Assembly: GCA_964560025.1 (NCBI GenBank) | Contig: CAZLKC010000007.1 | Coordinates: 7,365-71,364, forward strand | DNA from: an uncultured Dehalococcoidia bacterium | GTDB taxonomy: Bacteria > Chloroflexota > Dehalococcoidia > Lucifugimonadales > Australimonadaceae | Direction of reading: 5' to 3' | DNA: 64,000 bases | Shown: piece by piece, positions 61,266 through 64,000 of the stretch | Position numbering within the stretch: position 1 is the stretch's first letter | Layout: each line of letters starts with the position of its first letter | Made by a program: the position numbers and the translations under genes | The notes under the pieces: generated by a model | The model's database searches: none | What the model was told of the DNA's origin: nothing | What the model saw: the letters and a program-made list of their open reading frames with translations, nothing else

Positions 61266-61724
61266 ATGCCACTGGTCGGCGTGCTCGTTGGAAGCGCCAG
61301 CGACAAAGAGACCGTTCAGCACACGATGGACACGTTGGAGCAGTTCGGCGTGGAGGCGGAGTTGACGGTCGCGTCGGCGCACCGCAACCCCGACGCGGTG
61401 CGCGCCTACGTTGAGGAGGCGCCCGCACGCGGGGTGGAGGTGTTCATCGCGGCGGCGGGCGGGGCGGCGGCGCTGCCGGGCGTCGTGGCGTCGCTCACCA
61501 CGCTGCCGGTCATCGGCGTGCCGCTGGCGTCGTCGGAGTTGGGGGGCGTGGACGCGCTCCATTCGATCGTGCAGATGCCGCCGGGGATACCGGTGGCGAC
61601 GGTGGCGGTGGGGTCGTGGGGAGCGCGCAACGCCGCCATCCTGGCCACGCAGATGCTGGCGCTCAAGTATGGTAGCCTGCGCGAGGCGCTCGAGGCGCAC
61701 AGACGGCGCCTGCGCGAGCGCTGA
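61266..61724 (+). CDS. purE: 5-(carboxyamino)imidazole ribonucleotide mutase
   Basis: From ATG 61266 (CAGGAG upstream): [10 protein letters not shown]...SAHR.P........[28 protein letters not shown]. Confidence 0.92.
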   Translation: MPLVGVLVGSASDKETVQHTMDTLEQFGVEAELTVASAHRNPDAVRAYVEEAPARGVEVFIAAAGGAAALPGVVASLTTLPVIGVPLASSELGGVDALHSIVQMPPGIPVATVAVGSWGARNAAILATQMLALKYGSLREALEAHRRRLRER

Positions 61725-61839
61725 GCGTCTCGACGATGGGCCGACACTTCCGCCTCCGAACAACCGCTCCCCTGCCCTTGCGTCTCTACGCCATCCCCGT
61801 CTCGTCCAGCCGCGCGCCCGCGCGCCAGGAGCGCCGCTC

Positions 61840-63156
61840 GTGATCCCGCGCTACTCGCGCTCCGAGATGGCCGCTGTCTGGTCGGACGCGGGGATGTACG
61901 ACCGCTGGCTGGCGGTGGAGATAGCGGTGTGCGAGGCGTGGACGACGGAGGGCACGATCCCGCCGGAGGACATGGAGAAGATTCGCGGCGCGCGCTACGA
62001 CTTCGCACTGATGGAGGCGGAGCTGGCGCGCACCAAGCACGACGTCAACTCCTTCCTCTGGTCGATCGCGCCGAGCCTGGGCGCCGAAGGGCGCTGGATC
62101 CACCTCGGCCTCACTTCGAACGACGTGAAGGACACGGCGCTCGGCATGCAGTTGCGCGACGCGGGCGGGATTCTGCTGGCGGACGTGGATAGGCTCATCG
62201 AGGTGCTGGGCGAGCGGGCGGTCGAGTTCAAGCACACGCTCCAGATGGGGCGCACGCACGGCGTGCACGCGGAGCCAATCACCTTCGGGCTGAAGTTGGC
62301 GCTGTGGCGGGAGGAGATGCTGCGCAACCGCGCGCGCCTCGCCGACGCGCAGGCGCAGGTCGCCGTTGGCAAGGCGTCGGGCGCGGTGGGCAGCCACGCC
62401 ACCATCCCGCCGCAGGTGGAGGAGGACGCGTGCGCCGCCTTGGGCCTCGCCGTCGCGCCGCTGTCCAACCAGGTGGTGCAGCGCGACCGCCACGCCCAAT
62501 TCGTAACGGCGCTGGCCATCGTCGCGGCGTCGTTGGAGAAGTTCGCCACGGAGATACGCGGCTTGCAGCGGACGGAGGTGCGGGAAGTCGAGGAATTCTT
62601 CGGCGAGGGGCAAATGGGATCGTCGGCGATGCCCCACAAGCGCAACCCCGAGTTGTCGGAGCGCGTGTGCGGCCTGGCGCGCCTTATCCGCGGCCACGCC
62701 GTAACCGCGTTGGAGAACGTGGCGCTGTGGCACGAGCGCGACATCAGCCACTCGTCCGCCGAGCGCGTCATTTTGCCCGACGCCTGCCTTGCGCTGGACT
62801 ACGCGCTCGACCTGTTCACGGGGGTTATGGCCGAACTGCGCGTCTTCCCGGAGCGTATGCTTGCGAACGTGGAATCGACGCGCGGGCTGGTTTTCACGCA
62901 GCGCGTTATGCTTGCGCTGGTGGAGCGCGGGATGGGGCGGCAAGAGGCGTACCGCCTCCAACAGGCCCACGCCCACGCCGCATGGGACGAGGGCGCGGAC
63001 TTCCGCGAGTTGGCGCGCGCCGACCCCGAGGTGCGCGAGCGCTTCACGCCGGAGGAGCTGGACGCGCTGTTCGACTACGCCTACTACACTCGCCACGTGG
63101 GCGCGCTGTTCGCCCGCGTCGGCCTAGGGGAACGCTTTGGAGCCGCTACTCGATAG
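61840..63156 (+). CDS. purB: Adenylosuccinate lyase
   Basis: From GTG 61840: [16 protein letters not shown]...W..VE......W...G.I..., [24 protein letters not shown]. Confidence 0.92.
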   Translation: MIPRYSRSEMAAVWSDAGMYDRWLAVEIAVCEAWTTEGTIPPEDMEKIRGARYDFALMEAELARTKHDVNSFLWSIAPSLGAEGRWIHLGLTSNDVKDTALGMQLRDAGGILLADVDRLIEVLGERAVEFKHTLQMGRTHGVHAEPITFGLKLALWREEMLRNRARLADAQAQVAVGKASGAVGSHATIPPQVEEDACAALGLAVAPLSNQVVQRDRHAQFVTALAIVAASLEKFATEIRGLQRTEVREVEEFFGEGQMGSSAMPHKRNPELSERVCGLARLIRGHAVTALENVALWHERDISHSSAERVILPDACLALDYALDLFTGVMAELRVFPERMLANVESTRGLVFTQRVMLALVERGMGRQEAYRLQQAHAHAAWDEGADFRELARADPEVRERFTPEELDALFDYAYYTRHVGALFARVGLGERFGAATR

Positions 63157-64000
63157 CGCCCTGCCCGATCGGCGGTACCGGGGCAAGGTGCGCGACACCT
63201 ACGAGATTGACGACCGCCACTTCCTGATGGTCGCCACCGACCGCATCTCCGCGTTCGACGTGGTGCTGCCCAACGGCGTGCCCGACAAGGGCTACGTGCT
63301 CAGCCGTCTCTCGCGCTTCTGGTTCGACCGCACGCGCCACATCGTGCCCAATCACCTCGTCGGCCTGGCGGACGACGCGGCGGCGTTGAATGGGTTGGCG
63401 GCGCATCCGCGGCTCGCCGACCTGCCCGCGCAGGTCGCGCGGCAGGCGATGGTGGTGCGCCGCGCCGAACGCATCGACGTCGAGTGCGTCGTGCGCGCCT
63501 ACCTGACCGGTTCCGCCCTCGCCGAGTACCGCCGCAGCGGGACCATCTTCGGCCTGCCCGCGCCCTCCGGCCTCACAGACGGCGACCGCCTGCCGGAGTT
63601 GATGTTCACGCCCACGACCAAGGCTGAGACGGGTCACGACGAGCCGATGTCGATGGCGGAGGTTGAAGCGATGACGGGCGCGGAGACAGCGCGGCGCCTG
63701 CGCGACGCCTCCTTCGCCGTGTTTCAGTGGGCTCACGACCACGCGCGCGAGATGGGCATCATCATCGCCGACACCAAGTTCGAGTTCGGCTGGGTGGACG
63801 GCGAGCTGACGCTCATCGACGAGGTGCTCACGCCCGATTCGAGCCGCTTCTGGGACGCGGAGGGCTACGCGCCGGGCAAGTCACAGCCGAACTTCGACAA
63901 GCAGTTCGTGCGCGACTGGCTGATCGAGGCAGGTTGGAACCGCGAGCCTCCTGCGCCCGCGCTGCCGGACGACGTGGTCGCCAAGACGCGCGAGCGCTAC
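63137..64000 (+). CDS. purC: Phosphoribosylaminoimidazole-succinocarboxamide synthase (long form), 3' end runs off the window
   Basis: Not in the track because there is no stop in the window. TTG 63137 is the first start after the frame's stop at 63125-63127 and overlaps the purB end. YRGKVRDTYEIDDRHFLMVATDRISAFDVVLPNGVPDKG.VLS.LS.FWF... and ...NFDKQFVRDWL. Confidence 0.88.
   Translation, partial: MEPLLDSALPDRRYRGKVRDTYEIDDRHFLMVATDRISAFDVVLPNGVPDKGYVLSRLSRFWFDRTRHIVPNHLVGLADDAAALNGLAAHPRLADLPAQVARQAMVVRRAERIDVECVVRAYLTGSALAEYRRSGTIFGLPAPSGLTDGDRLPELMFTPTTKAETGHDEPMSMAEVEAMTGAETARRLRDASFAVFQWAHDHAREMGIIIADTKFEFGWVDGELTLIDEVLTPDSSRFWDAEGYAPGKSQPNFDKQFVRDWLIEAGWNREPPAPALPDDVVAKTRERY

Overview
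This is a high-GC (about 70% by eye) bacterial chromosomal segment, mostly housekeeping genes. Many long ORFs in the track are wrong-frame artefacts of the GC content, so I re-anchored starts on homology, Shine-Dalgarno sites and GTGA/ATGA stop-start overlaps. Supported content:
- mutL (partial)
- a pentose-phosphate operon (rpiB, fused tal-pgi, gnd, zwf)
- dnaN and a lipoprotein cytochrome c
- tRNA-Arg(UCU)
- two adjacent amino-acid ABC importers (Aap-like, Liv-like)
- three MFS transporters and a fused TRAP permease
- a tightly coupled minus-strand operon: tsaC, a polyprenyl-synthase-like gene, pgk, apgM, DUF1445, tpiA, miaA
- purine genes (guaA, purD, purE, purB, purC partial)
- a vapBC toxin-antitoxin pair

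I found no rRNA, CRISPR array, transposase or integrase.

Main hunt results:
1. An ArsC/Spx-family gene missed by ORF calling. It has an in-frame UGA at the catalytic Cys position, a strong SD and a SECIS-like hairpin, so it is a candidate selenoprotein.
2. A tight 2-kb low-GC islet holding one GmrSD-like (DUF262/DUF1524) gene with an extra C-terminal domain.
3. A beta-class DNA methyltransferase fused to an Mrr-like nuclease domain, next to a Cys-rich zinc-ribbon protein and a SelA-like PLP enzyme.
4. A modular family of intergenic hairpin repeats. Of 24 module copies, 23 share one orientation, and one hairpin shows compensatory stem substitutions plus a variable ~20-bp tandem tail.
5. Phased AATGGGAC box arrays upstream of the Liv-type binding-protein gene.
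6. A ureidoglycolate-lyase-like gene interrupted by an in-frame TAG.
7. A C-C hydrolase homologue that has lost both the catalytic Ser and His.

The repeat style and gene content (archaeal-type ApgM, fused Tal-PGI) suggest Chloroflexota or Thermomicrobia, but that is only a guess. All homology calls come from motif recognition by eye, with no searches run. Coordinates of non-coding elements may be off by 1-2 nt.
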